NCBI RefSeq assembly: GCF_003918875.1
Contig: NW_025764992.1
Location: 992,001 to 1,056,000, forward strand
Length of the DNA stretch: 64,000 nt
Reading direction: 5' to 3'
DNA from: Haliotis rubra
Taxonomy: Eukaryota
Under the pieces are notes generated by a model, which saw only the letters and a program-made list of their open reading frames with translations, did no database searches and was not told the origin of the DNA. Position 1 is the stretch's first letter. Each line of letters starts with the position of its first letter. This document shows positions 1 to 10,725 of the stretch, piece by piece. The translations under genes and the position numbers were made by a program.

Positions 1-499
1 TAATGAGACTCATGTTTCGGTTTGCTGCCGTACTTTATTATCAGCTGGTAATTGTTTATCGGACATATGACAGACAGACAGACAGGTTTTATTTCAGTAT
101 AAGGCCACTGACCAAAATTACATTTATATACACATGAAATAGATATACAGCATGATTTAATTATGATTTTTTTTGCAATAAGGCGTGTGACTTTAGAAGA
201 ATATAACACACATTCTGCAAAGTAGTTTTTCCAGTTGATTGAAGAAGAGCTTTTAGTATGTTCATCGTTGGATTTTGTAAATAGTATGGTTTTAGATGTG
301 TCTTCGTTTGTTCACTGTATGATGGGCACTAATAGCACATGGAGCTCGTTCTTGGGGTGTCCTCTCATTACGCAGATAGCCAGTTCGCAGACACCTTAAA
401 ACAACAACATTTACGGTTCAGTGAACAGATCATCTACTACCTGTTACCTACACATTATACTGCAATAGTCCAAATACAAATACAGGAACAAACTGAAGC

Positions 500-915
500 T
501 ATTATCCCATGTAATGCGGGGGGATATACTGGACGCCTCGTCCGTCCGTTATCATTTTGTTTCCGGAGCATTACTCATAAAACGTTCAATATTTTTCAAC
601 CAACTTAGTAGATATATCAAACAGAACCTAAAGTGGTGCCTTTTGCTATTTACAGATTTTTGGCATTTTTATTTTTCTTGGTTTCTATGGAAACGATTCG
701 GAGTTCGTCTCAAAAGGGAGAGGTGGGCTTCGTTTCCGGAGCACAACTCGAAAACCGTTCAATATCCTTCAACAGAACTTGGCAGAGATATGAGACAGAT
801 CTTGAAGTGGTGCCTTTTGCTATTTGCAGATTTTTGTCATTTTTATTTTTCTTGGTTTCCATGGAAACGTTTCGAACATAGTCTCAAAAGAGAGGGGTGA
901 GCTTCGTTTCCGGAA
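500..915. mobile_element. HINE/Helentron-like non-autonomous element fragment with about 175-bp internal tandem duplication
   Basis: Terminal hairpin tatccc...gggata followed by short (GTCC)n, then two diverged copies of a ~175-bp unit (about 575-740 and 750-915). Confidence 0.45.
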
Positions 916-1276
916 AAAAATCCAAGTTGGACTTTAAGTATTGTCAGTTGATTTGTTCTTTCGAATTTATGGGGCCATTTATCATTCAATCACAACATTG
1001 TTCTATTTACCCTCAATCAAACTTCTCAGTAACGAACCTGTTTCAGGTTCACCCTGTTCTACTCACTAGAAAGTGGGAGATAAGCGTTCTTGGTTACGGA
1101 AATGGGCGAGTGGTGACGTATGACCTCCAAGAGTCGCTATTCGGCTTGTCTCGGAATAACACCAGATGGTCACGAATGTGCTTCCCCCATTGCAAATTGT
1201 GGAATGATTAAAAACCGGAATCATGCATTGCAACACCCAATTTCTTTCAATGTGTTAAAACAAATGGTGTTTACAG

Positions 1277-1403
1277 GTATGTTGCTGTACTGTGCTGTGT
1301 TCGGAGTGATACTGGGCAGGCTTGGTGACAGCGGAAAACACATGCTCGGCTTCTTCACCACTCTCAATAACGTCACGATGAAAATGGTTAGCATTGTGAT
1401 GTG
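1277..1403 (+). CDS. SLC1A: SLC1 exon (TM4c-TM5): GMLLYCAVFGVILGRLGDSGKHMLGFFTTLNNVTMKMVSIVMW
   Basis: tttacag| acceptor, TG|gtacgt donor; similar to EAAT TM5. Confidence 0.9.
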
Positions 1404-4400
1404 GTACGTAGTTGTTTGGTACCTTCTTATATTACGCTTTGCTCATGGAGATGGAGTATTAGTAACTGACCCGTACGTACTGAGTGTGAAACTATGTCAA
1501 GGTGGGTCGCTCCTTTTGGGATTCGAACTAGCATTTAGGTCTCTTGACACCCCATCGCACTTCAGAATGATTCGTATATATAACCTCTTACGTGGGTTTT
1601 TCGTCCCAAAACAGGGATTGCTGCAGTCTCCTTCTCGAACAACTTTTTGTCGCTTTGATATGCAATAAAAGTAAATAGTTTACTTGATGTGGTCAAAGGT
1701 GAAAACTGTCAGATCAATCTTACAAAGCGTCGTGATTGAAACGACTGAAATGTTTAAGACGTGCATTCTGTCCATGCACTGTAAAACAATGCAATATCAG
1801 TGAACTGAATAGGTCTCTGTTAAGAACCCCTGTAACATGCATTTTAGTGGCTCCTCTTTTCTGGATATAAAAAATCTGGACTTAAAAATAACAAATACAA
1901 CAGAAGGTTTATTTGTTTGTTTTTTTACGCCGTACTCAGCAATATTCTACACAACAGGGATACAATGAAATACATATATCAAGTCAGCACGCTTATGGGT
2001 TGCTGAAGAACATTTCTAACCTGGCTCTCCACGTGTGTGTAAAACGTCTCCGATATGTCCATCGAAGTCGAGTTCTCTGTTTCAGGTTTTCTCCAGTTGG
2101 GATTTTATGTCTCATCCTGGGAAAGATTCTGGAGGTACAGGACCTGGCAGGGACGGCGCGTCATCTTGGGATCTACATGGTCACTGGTCTGGCAGGTGCC
2201 ATCATCCACATGTTCCTGGTCGTACCGCTGGTGTACTTTATAGTCACACGGAGAAACGCCTACCGAGTATTGCATGGAGTTGTACAAGCCCTGGTTACAG
2301 CGCTAGCCACGGAGTCCAGGTACGTGGAACGTTGAGCCATCATTACAAACACAAGTTGTTTTAAATGGACTGACTGACTGAGTTTTGGTTTTACGCCGCT
2401 TTTAGCAATATTCCAGCAACATCACGGCGGGGGACACCAGAAATGGGCTTCACACATTGTATCCATATGGGAATTCGAACCCGGGTCTTCGGCGTGACGA
2501 GCCAACGCTTTAACCACTAGGCTACCCCACCGCCCCTGTTTTAAATGGAAGTTTCGTGATCTCGATACAAACGTTTGTTACAGCTAATATAGAAAATGAG
2601 AAAATAAATGGAAAAAATAAATACACTCAATCGCCGTCGTGTCGAAGGGGTCTACGTAAATGGTTCCAGTTAACTAAGGTTCGACATAACCACAAAAAGA
2701 TGATTTAATAAGGAAAACACAGAGACCGAGTTTTTACTTCGAGACAACCGACAGTTTTTAATGAGACATTGACAAAATTTCAAATGGTCATATATTGTTC
2801 TCTGTGTATTCATATTGAAATGGCGGAATAACTGACTAAGTTCGAGCTCACATACTTGAAAACATGAAATGCCAGAAACTAACCAGACTGGATTGTTTCC
2901 CGAAACAGATTTCGTTCGGCAAAAAACGTCCAAAAAGTAAAAATAACTGACAATGGTGTATCCACAGCTCTGCTACACTGCCGGTGTCAATACGTTGCTG
3001 CGAGGAGAACTTGAAGGTCCACAAGACCATCACCCGCTTCGTTCTGCCTATTGGTGCTACCATCAACATGGATGGATCCGCTATGATCAATTGTATCAGT
3101 GCCGTTTATGTTGCCCAACTTAACGGTATAAATCTTGGGTTTGCTGACGTCTTAAATCTTTGGTAAGAACCCTGTTGCTTATACCGTGCTATTTCTTTTA
3201 ATTCAACGACATTATTTTACTATTTGTTCTGATTAAGGATTGTAAGAATATGAATATGAGAGAACGCACGGATTGACGGAACTTGGAACAGCATTTTCAT
3301 TACATCATTACTACAGCAAATTTGTTGATATATGAACCTACGACAGTAGGATCCTTGCACGCCAAAGGGAGGCAACTAAGTACTGGAAATATCGCATTAG
3401 AGCAATATGGATTTGATGGACTTGAGGATCATTTACGTTCTTCACAAATTCCAAATTCTGTGTATTCATTTATGTGGCTACTGCCTCCTCTTGTAGATGT
3501 TACCCCGAAGATCCGGTAACAATTAGTCTTCAACGGGATCGGGTGGTCAGGTTCGCTGACTTTGATGCTTATAAACGTTTCTCAATGGTCGATTCTCCTG
3601 ATGTCAGTCACTAGATTGTCTGGTCCTGGCTCGATTATTTTCAGATCGCCATCATATAGCTGGAATATAAACAAAAACAAACAAATCTCACAGACGTGCA
3701 AAGTGAGTGAGAACGGCACTATTTCATCCTTATGGTGACAGATCTGCTAAGGTCTTCATTGACCTTCAATGTCCAGTTGTACAATGGTCGACTGATAACA
3801 CTCAGACAACTGCCGCAAGTTATACCATTTACTACTGTGAACGTCCAAAACACAACCAGAATGTAATACCGCACTATTTGTTGTTAGTTACATTGTAGCC
3901 GCCTTCAACCTTGGCACTCCTTTTGGCCTTCATTTTTTGTTTATTTGTTGTTTTACGTCGCACTCAGCAATATTCCAGCTATATAGGGGAAGTCTGTAAA
4001 TAATGGAGTTTGAACCAGACAATCCAGTGATCAATAGCACGGGAATCAATCTAGTACTCAATTTAGAAACGATGACGTGTCAACCAATTCAGCGAACCTG
4101 GAGTCTGTAGCACCAATAAGACATCTATGGTGTAATCGCAGCTGGACATGACCTTGGTTTGTTGCAGCCTCCTCAACATCATGGCCAGTATTGGGATTAC
4201 TGGTGTCCCCGGCAGCGGCATCCCGACCCTGGTCATGATACTGACCTCGGCCGGTCTCCCCACACACGACATCCCCCTGCTCCTCGCCGTCGACTGGTTC
4301 ATGTAAGTAATGTTTGTTGTTGTTAAGGCAGCTGTACATAGCGTTATTCGACCTGTTACAGGACGGTTGATTCAGGAACAGACAAACTGACGGCTGGACA

Positions 4401-6138
4401 TATTGATCAACAACAAAGGGGAATGATGTCGCACGATTAGACAGAGTGACCTGATCACTATTGAAGTCAAGGGCATGGTTACAGACGATTAGACAGTGGC
4501 CTGATCACTACTGAAGGTCAAGGGCATGGTGACAGACGATTAGACAGTGGCCTGATCACTATTGAAGGTCTAGGGCATGGTGACACACGATTAGACAGAG
4601 TGACCTGATCACTATTGAAGGTCAAGGGCATGGTGACAGACGATTAGACAGTGGCCTGATCACTATTGAAGGTCAAGGGCATGGTGACAGACGATTAGAC
4701 AGTGGACCTGATCACTATTGAAGGTCTAGGGCATGGTGACACACGATTAGACAAAGTGACCTGATCACTATTGAAGGTCTAGGGCATGGTGACACACGAT
4801 TAGACAGTGACCTGATCACTATTGAAGGTCTAGAGCATGGTGACACACGATTAGACAGAGTGACCTGATCACTATTGAAGGTCTAGAGCATGGTGACACA
4901 CGATTAGACAGTGACCTGATTATTGAAGGTCTAGGGCATGGTGACACACGATTAGACAGTGACCTGATCACTATTGAAGGTCTAGGAGCATGGTGACACA
5001 CGATTAGACAGTGACCTGATCACTATTGAAGGTCTAGAGCATGGTGACACACGATTGTCTAGAGCATGGTGAGATTAGACAGTGACCAGATCATTATTGA
5101 AGGTCTAGAGCATGGTGACACACGATTTGAGACACTATTGAAGTGACCACGATTAGACAGGAGATCACTATTGATCACTATTGAAGGTCTAGGAGCATGG
5201 TGACACACGATTAGACAAAGTGACCTGATCACTATTGAAGGTCTAGGGCATGGTGACACACGATTAGACAGTGACCCGATCACTATTGAAGGTCTAGAGC
5301 ATGGTGACACACGATTAGACAGAGTGACCTGATCACTATTGAAGGTCTAGAGCATGGTGACACACGATTAGACAGAGTGACCTGATCCCTATTGAAGGTC
5401 TAGAGCATGGTGACACACGATTAGACAGAGTGACCAGATCACTATTGAAGGTCTAGAGCATGGTGACACACGATTAGACAAAGTGACCTGATCACTATTG
5501 AAGGTCTAGGGCACGGTGACACACGATTAGACAGAGTGACCTGGTCTCCACTGAAGGTCTACAGCATGGTGACACACGATTAGACAGAGTGACAAGATCT
5601 CCGCTGAAGATCTAGAGCATGGTGACACACGATTAGACAGAGCGACCCGATCTTCACTGGTGTACTACGGTAAATTTACGTGTGGTGTTTGGTGAGATTT
5701 TACACAGAACTTATAACATATTTTACATCGAAATACATTTGCAGGAATAGGATTGCTACAGTTGGAGTGCAAAAAGATATTACATAGAATCTTGATAATT
5801 AAGGAATATTTTACACCTATATACCTTTACATGAGTCGGACTGCAACGTATTTACACAGAATCTTGATGTTTAAAGACTAGTTTACATCGATATACATTT
5901 ACAGGTGTCGGATTGCAACAGATTGCAACAGATTTTACACAGAATCTAGATAATTCAAGAATATTTTACACTGATATACATTTACAGGAGTCGGACTGCA
6001 ACAGTCGTCAACGTGTGTGGGGACTGCATGGCTGCATCATGTGTCCATCATCTCCTGAAGCCATTCACTGATGACCAACCTCGGACTGATCGTGCACATG
6101 CTAACGGGTCTATTGTCCATGAATATGAAACTGTGTAG
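1277..6138 (+). CDS. SLC1A: SLC1-family (EAAT/ASCT-like) Na+-coupled transporter, 3' portion (5 exons; 5' exons outside window)
   Basis: Exons 1277-1403, 2086-2319, 2968-3162, 4168-4302 and 5988-6138 join in frame with GT-AG boundaries. They give ...VMWFSPVGIL...ATESSSATLP...RFVLPIGATINMDG...ASIG..GVPG...AVDWFMSRTATVVNVCGD...YETV*, i.e. the HP1 serine motif, TM7 NMDG, HP2 and TM8 of SLC1. Confidence 0.95.
2086..2319 (+). CDS. SLC1A: SLC1 exon (TM6 to HP1): FSPVGILCLILGKI...QALVTALATES
   Basis: tttcag| acceptor, AG|gtacgt donor, phases match neighbouring exons. Confidence 0.93.
2370..2536 (-). mobile_element. SINE family A (tRNA-derived, about 165 bp), full length
   Basis: A/B-box tRNA(Asp)-like head, (TCAG)n tail, 13-bp TSD tgttttaaatgga. 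Confidence 0.9.
2968..3162 (+). CDS. SLC1A: SLC1 exon (HP1b-TM7): SATLPVSIRCCEENLKVHKTITRFVLPIGATINMDGSAMINCISAVYVAQLNG...
   Basis: ccacag| acceptor, TG|gtaag donor; NMDG motif. Confidence 0.95.
3500..4100. mobile_element. Two degenerate SINE B fragments in opposite orientation (about 3500-3670 + and 3940-4100 -)
   Basis: Matches to family B body and tail. Confidence 0.65.
4168..4302 (+). CDS. SLC1A: SLC1 exon (HP2-TM8a): LLNIMASIGITGVPGSGIPTLVMILTSAGLPTHDIPLLLAVDWF
   Basis: ttgcag| acceptor, AT|gtaagt donor; AVDW motif. Absent from the ORF track; translated by hand. Confidence 0.93.
4430..5650. repeat. Minisatellite, 51-53-bp unit, about 23 copies, in the last SLC1 intron
   Basis: ttagacag(ag)tgacctgatcactattgaaggtctagagcatggtgacacacga. 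Confidence 0.95.
5696..6003 (+). repeat. Four diverged tandem copies (about 70-90 bp) of the SLC1 last acceptor and exon start
   Basis: tttacacagaatct...atacatttacag|GAGTCGGACTGCAAC repeated. Confidence 0.85.
5988..6138 (+). CDS. SLC1A: SLC1 terminal exon (TM8b and C-tail): SRTATVVNVCGDCMAASCVHHLLKPF...HEYETV*
   Basis: tttacag| acceptor; NVxGD motif; TAG at 6136-6138. Confidence 0.9.
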
Positions 6139-6617
6139 AGCAAAGAATTCACAGATCAATGTTTAATGCCAACGTTATTTGAGCGTTTCTCATGTATTGC
6201 GAATCATATCAGTACATTCTGTTATGTTGTCTTCTTCACAAATTACCAATCCACTTGAAGTAAATGAGCATATATAAGTGATGAGACGCCATGCATTGTC
6301 AGTTTTAATCTCATTACATAATATTTCGTATACTCCCCAGGGAGAAACTACATAACTGTGACGTGATGGTTTGGATAATGGGTGTTACGGTTTCCATGTG
6401 AAATCGAATGACTATTTTACAAATAGTGTGAGCAGGCACTCCCATACAAGCACAAGAAATGTGTGTTGTCTGTATATGGTGTTATATCTTGTCTGAAATG
6501 TTTGGCATTCTAAACATGCAACTGTTACGAAGTGATTTCCAAATTGAAACATCCAGAAATTAGTACGTACAGAACTGACTTTTGAAATCACTAAATGACG
6601 ACACAAGTTCTAAAATC

Positions 6618-6623
6618 AATAAA
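6618..6623 (+). terminator. Candidate polyadenylation signal of the SLC1 gene
   Basis: First AATAAA seen downstream of the stop codon (about 480 nt). Confidence 0.45.
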
Positions 6624-6897
6624 CTATACTGGAACAACACATAGTTTTAGGTTTACAATCGGAACAGGCAGCCGGAACAACTGGCCAAACAAGTGCCAGC
6701 AGTAACAAGATACAGACCCCACAAGGAAGATATGTGCTATGAAAATTGTCCATAGCTTTGTTACTGTTGAGTGTGTTGAGCGAGTTTATCTCCCTGCGTT
6801 AATCTGCATTTCAGATAATCCAGATAATCATCTCATTCTGTTTTTTGTTTTGAAGAAAACTTCATGTGTGAACTATATATAGGTTATATCAATATTA

Positions 6898-7110
6898 AGT
6901 GAGTGAGTGAGTGAGTTTAGTTTTACGCCGCACTCAGCAATATTCCAGCTATATGGCGGTGGTCTGTAAATAATCGAGTCTGGACCAGACAAGCATGTGA
7001 CCAACAGCATGAGCATCGATCTGCACAATTGGGAACCGATGACATGTGTCAACCAAGTCATGCGAGCCTGACCGCCCGATCCCGTTAGTCGCCTTTACGA
7101 CAAGCATAGT
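6898..7110 (-). mobile_element. SINE B, 5'-truncated
   Basis: Family B consensus. Confidence 0.8.
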
Positions 7111-7426
7111 CGCCTTCAATATTACGAAGGTAAGAAAAGCCACATCCCAGTTCCGTTCATTGCTTATTACGATTTAAAGAGAACTTATGTGTAAACCATA
7201 TATACGTTATATTTATATTAAAAAGGTGATAGTAGCCTTACCCGAGTCTGTTCATTGTTTTTTATGATTTACTGTGTTATAAGGGAACTTTTCACAATGA
7301 ACCTACAATATGCAAATACTGTGATTAAGTGTCATTGAAGACGACTACCATGTGTTTTTTTATAATTTGTGATATTTATAGTAATTATAGTGCAAATATA
7401 TACTCAGTCAGTACACGGTAAGTTTA

Positions 7427-7550
7427 CACCAGTGAAGATCCGGGTTACGATTGGTCTTCAGCAGCCCATACTTGTCGTAAGAGGCGACTACGGGATCGGG
7501 TGGTCAGGCTCACTGACTTGGTTGACACATGTCATCGTATCCCACTTGGA
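7427..7550 (+). mobile_element. SINE B, 5' half
   Basis: Head TGAAGATCCGGGTTA...GGTCTTCAG...GTCGTAAGAGGCGAC. Confidence 0.75.
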
Positions 7551-7821
7551 TAGAGAATGGGTGCTGAAGCTAGGGGCGATAGAACGCAACGCATATGTAT
7601 GCATTTCACGATAGCATTCGTCATTTTACACAAACACTGAGAATCTATTTGCAGTTGACGCTCAAAACTGTGCACAGAATTTACACTGAGTGGCATGTCT
7701 TCCTCAGAACGTTATATACTCTGCATATCATTATTTCGAAAAAACACATCTTATTTCAAATCAATACCAAAATGAACATTTCACGAGTATATTTTACAAA
7801 CACATGCTCCATAAATCTTAG

Positions 7822-8176
7822 ACCGCCTCCGTGGTGTAGTGGTTAGAGCGTCCGCCCGGAGAGCGGAAGGTCGCGGGTTCGATCCCCGACCACGTCATAC
7901 CAAAAGACGTTAAAATATGGTACTTGTTGGTCCCTGCCTGGCGCTCGGCATTAATGGGTACAACAAGGACTGGTCGGCTCGGAGACAGTATAATGTGTCT
8001 GAGTGGGGTATTCATGCTTCACTGCGGCATGGTATCTTAGTGGGCTAGCACTATAAAACCAGCTTAAGTCTGGGCTAGTACAAGCAGCCGCACATACACA
8101 TACACGCGCATGCACGTCGTCATATGAGCGAAATATTCTCAAGTACGACGTTAAACCCAATTTCACCTCACCTCAC
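7822..8176 (+). mobile_element. SINE family C (tRNA head plus Meta/MESC-like core, about 360 bp)
   Basis: A/B boxes, core AAAATATGGTACTTGTTGG...GGCATTAA...GACTGGTCGGCTCGG...ATAATGTG resembling the MetaSINE domain, (TCACC)n tail, 15-bp TSD ctccataaatcttag. Confidence 0.88.
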
Positions 8177-9497
8177 CTCCATAAATCTTAGGAAACGGCC
8201 GTAAAATATCTCAAGCGTTTATGAATGTACTTGAAAATGAGATTCTTGTAAGAATATATAAATATATCGTGTGAGTGCACGTGTAACTAAGATACATACA
8301 TATATCCTATATACTATAGATAAATTGTCTTGACTGGAGACAGGGATGTAACTATATATACCAACAGAAACCGTAACCTGTGATCAATATTTAAAGGTCA
8401 ATAAAACAAATACAATTGCATTTATTCTAATATGAAATAATCAAGACTTTACATTTCGCGATTCACGATTTGTACGAGCATGTTCCAGCACAATGAGATC
8501 ACAAATGAAGGAAGAACACATCTCATTGTTAGCGACAATTGGAATGGTGTAAGCTACTGGGACGACATAGTTCGAGATCGTCATCTGCCTTAGTTTTGCA
8601 AACTTGCACCAGTATCCCCCACCAACATGCTGCACGTATTATTTCTCATGATCTCTTCCCCTTACAACATGACTGGGGCAAGATGGACCGAAGCCTACGA
8701 CAGGACCAGAACCACGCAAGCTCTGTTGAGATAATCTTCAATTGACATGAAGAAGAACATCCCTCATTATATTTCTGTTATCTGGCAACTTGGCAGAATC
8801 AACGCAAGGGGTTAGGGAGTTGGGGGATGGGGTGTGTCTGTTATTTCAATAACACGAAATTTACACCACTCCATGAATCACAGTTACTTTTTCTCACTAG
8901 TCTATACGGTCACCACCCCGAGAGCAAGGGCTGACGTTTTCACATCACTTTGTCGTCTGGCATAATCGTGTATAAACTTGAAAAATTGTATGTTTTGACA
9001 GAATTGAACTTTTTTCTTTCTGAGATTGCAAGAATTTAAGCAAATTCTTTGCATTTCTGAGAAGACACATTGTATTAGGTCTAATTACGTCTTATTAATA
9101 CATGGAAAACCCTTGATCGATTGTGTTTGGGCCTGTGGTTAATCATTGAGGCAGGAATGTGTGGTGAATACTCTAGGACAAGCAACGCATCTCTCTGTAC
9201 ATGGCTCTTTGAAATCCACAGGAACGGAGTCTTCCTTGGGGTTTAGAACCAAGCCAAAAGTTTATTCTACTGATAAATGGTTTGGGAAGACTTAAACCAC
9301 AAATGTGCCTTATTTGTGGCATAAGTTCTTACATTAAACAGTTAATGTTATCATGTTACAAGTTATTCCCACAAAATATAGGCTACATCTTGTGTTGTGG
9401 ACTGAACCATGACTGCTTACAAAGTACACTTTCAGACACGTAATACGTCCATGGTTCTGTACATATTGTTTCATATCTGTGTACCCATAGTTCTGTA

Positions 9498-9665
9498 GGG
9501 GCGGTGGGGTAGCCTAGTGGTTAAGGCGTTGGCTCGTCACGCCGAAGATCCGGGTTCGAATCCCCACATGGGTACAATGTGTGAAGCCCATTTCTGGTGT
9601 TCCCCCGCCGCGATGTAGCTGGAATATTGCTAAAAGCGGCGTAAAATCAAACTCAGTCAGTCAGT
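9498..9665 (+). mobile_element. SINE family A, full length
   Basis: GGTAGCCTAGTGG A box, GGTTCGAATCC B box, TSD catagttctgta. Confidence 0.9.
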
Positions 9666-10022
9666 CATAGTTCTGTACATATACGTCCAAAGATGTGACT
9701 CGATTGTTCTGTACATTCTGGTCCAGGTCCAGGTCCTAATAGTACTGTACATATTGATCCAAGTCTTTGTATATATGTACATTTGTAAATCAACGCTGAA
9801 CCTGACACTGCTACTTGCTTGGCCACAAGCAACCAAATTAAATCAGTCGGAGTAGGCAAGTGTCTAAAGTGTTAAATCGTCAGGCTGGAGATTCCCAAAA
9901 TGGGTACAACGTGTAAAGACCATTTCTGGTGGCGATCTTGCAGGAATGTAGATCAAAGCAGCCAACTCATTCACTTCAATCAAACAGTACATCCTGAACT
10001 GTCCTGATTTTCAACAGTACAA

Positions 10023-10184
10023 GGGCTGTGGGGTAGCCTAGTGGTTAAAGCGTTCGCTCGTCACGCCGAAGGCCCGGGTTCGATTCCCCACATGGGTACA
10101 ATGTGTGAAGCCCATTTCTGGTGTCCCCGCCGTGATGTTGCTGGAATATTGCTAAAAGCGGCGTAAAACCATACTCACTCACTC
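10023..10184 (+). mobile_element. SINE family A, full length
   Basis: Same consensus; TSD caacagtacaa. Confidence 0.9.
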
Positions 10185-10611
10185 CAACAGTACAAACATC
10201 GTTCTGGGTGCGGCATTATTGCAAAGCCCTTTGCAGTAGAATAATATCTTCCTGCTGAAGATTTAGAACTTATAAATACAAAACAAAAGCATCACTTCCT
10301 ATGTTTTATTGAGCATTTACTGGTAAGCTTTGAAAACAGTACATTGCAGTGACTTCATCTGGCTGTGGAAACACGGTTCCCAGCTCTTGTGGCTGAAGAG
10401 CCTACATACCAAGTCAGTGCTATAGTAGTCCAGTCATCGTCTTGAGCATTGCAACATTTGTCAGAAGGACTGACAAGATACACGTTGGTCTGAATTGTAC
10501 ACCCATCGATACAGAAATGTTAAAACAAATCAAACATTAAATATACATACCTTGTAGACTTGTATTAGTGACACAATCAAACAGGGCACAGAAATGTTAC
10601 ATGGTGCTGGG

Positions 10612-10725
10612 GAGTTCCGGGTGTTGGCAGCTAACATAGGGCGACACCCAGTACGAGAGCTACCGAGTAGTTCCGGGTGTTGGCAGCTATCATAGGGCGA
10701 CACCCAGTACGAGAGCTACCGAGTA
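10612..10725. repeat. About 57-bp direct duplication
   Basis: agttccgggtgttggcagcta..atagggcgacacccagtacgagagctaccgagt x2. Confidence 0.9.

Noticed and set aside
514-900. ORFs with an internal repeated peptide
   Set aside because: They arise from the ~175-bp duplication in a HINE-like element within an SLC1 intron.
4430-5650. CRISPR-like array or nuclear-receptor site array
   Set aside because: No unique spacers and eukaryotic context. The TGACCT/AGGTCA half-sites are incidental and the second is often mutated.
9498-9570. tRNA-Asp-like gene (and other A/B-box heads)
   Set aside because: The acceptor stem is not formed, and the head runs into a SINE body with tail and TSD; many copies.
10612-10725. 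Ribozyme in the duplicated hairpin gggtgttg...cgacaccc
   Set aside because: No hammerhead CUGAnGA/GAAA or HDV core on either strand.
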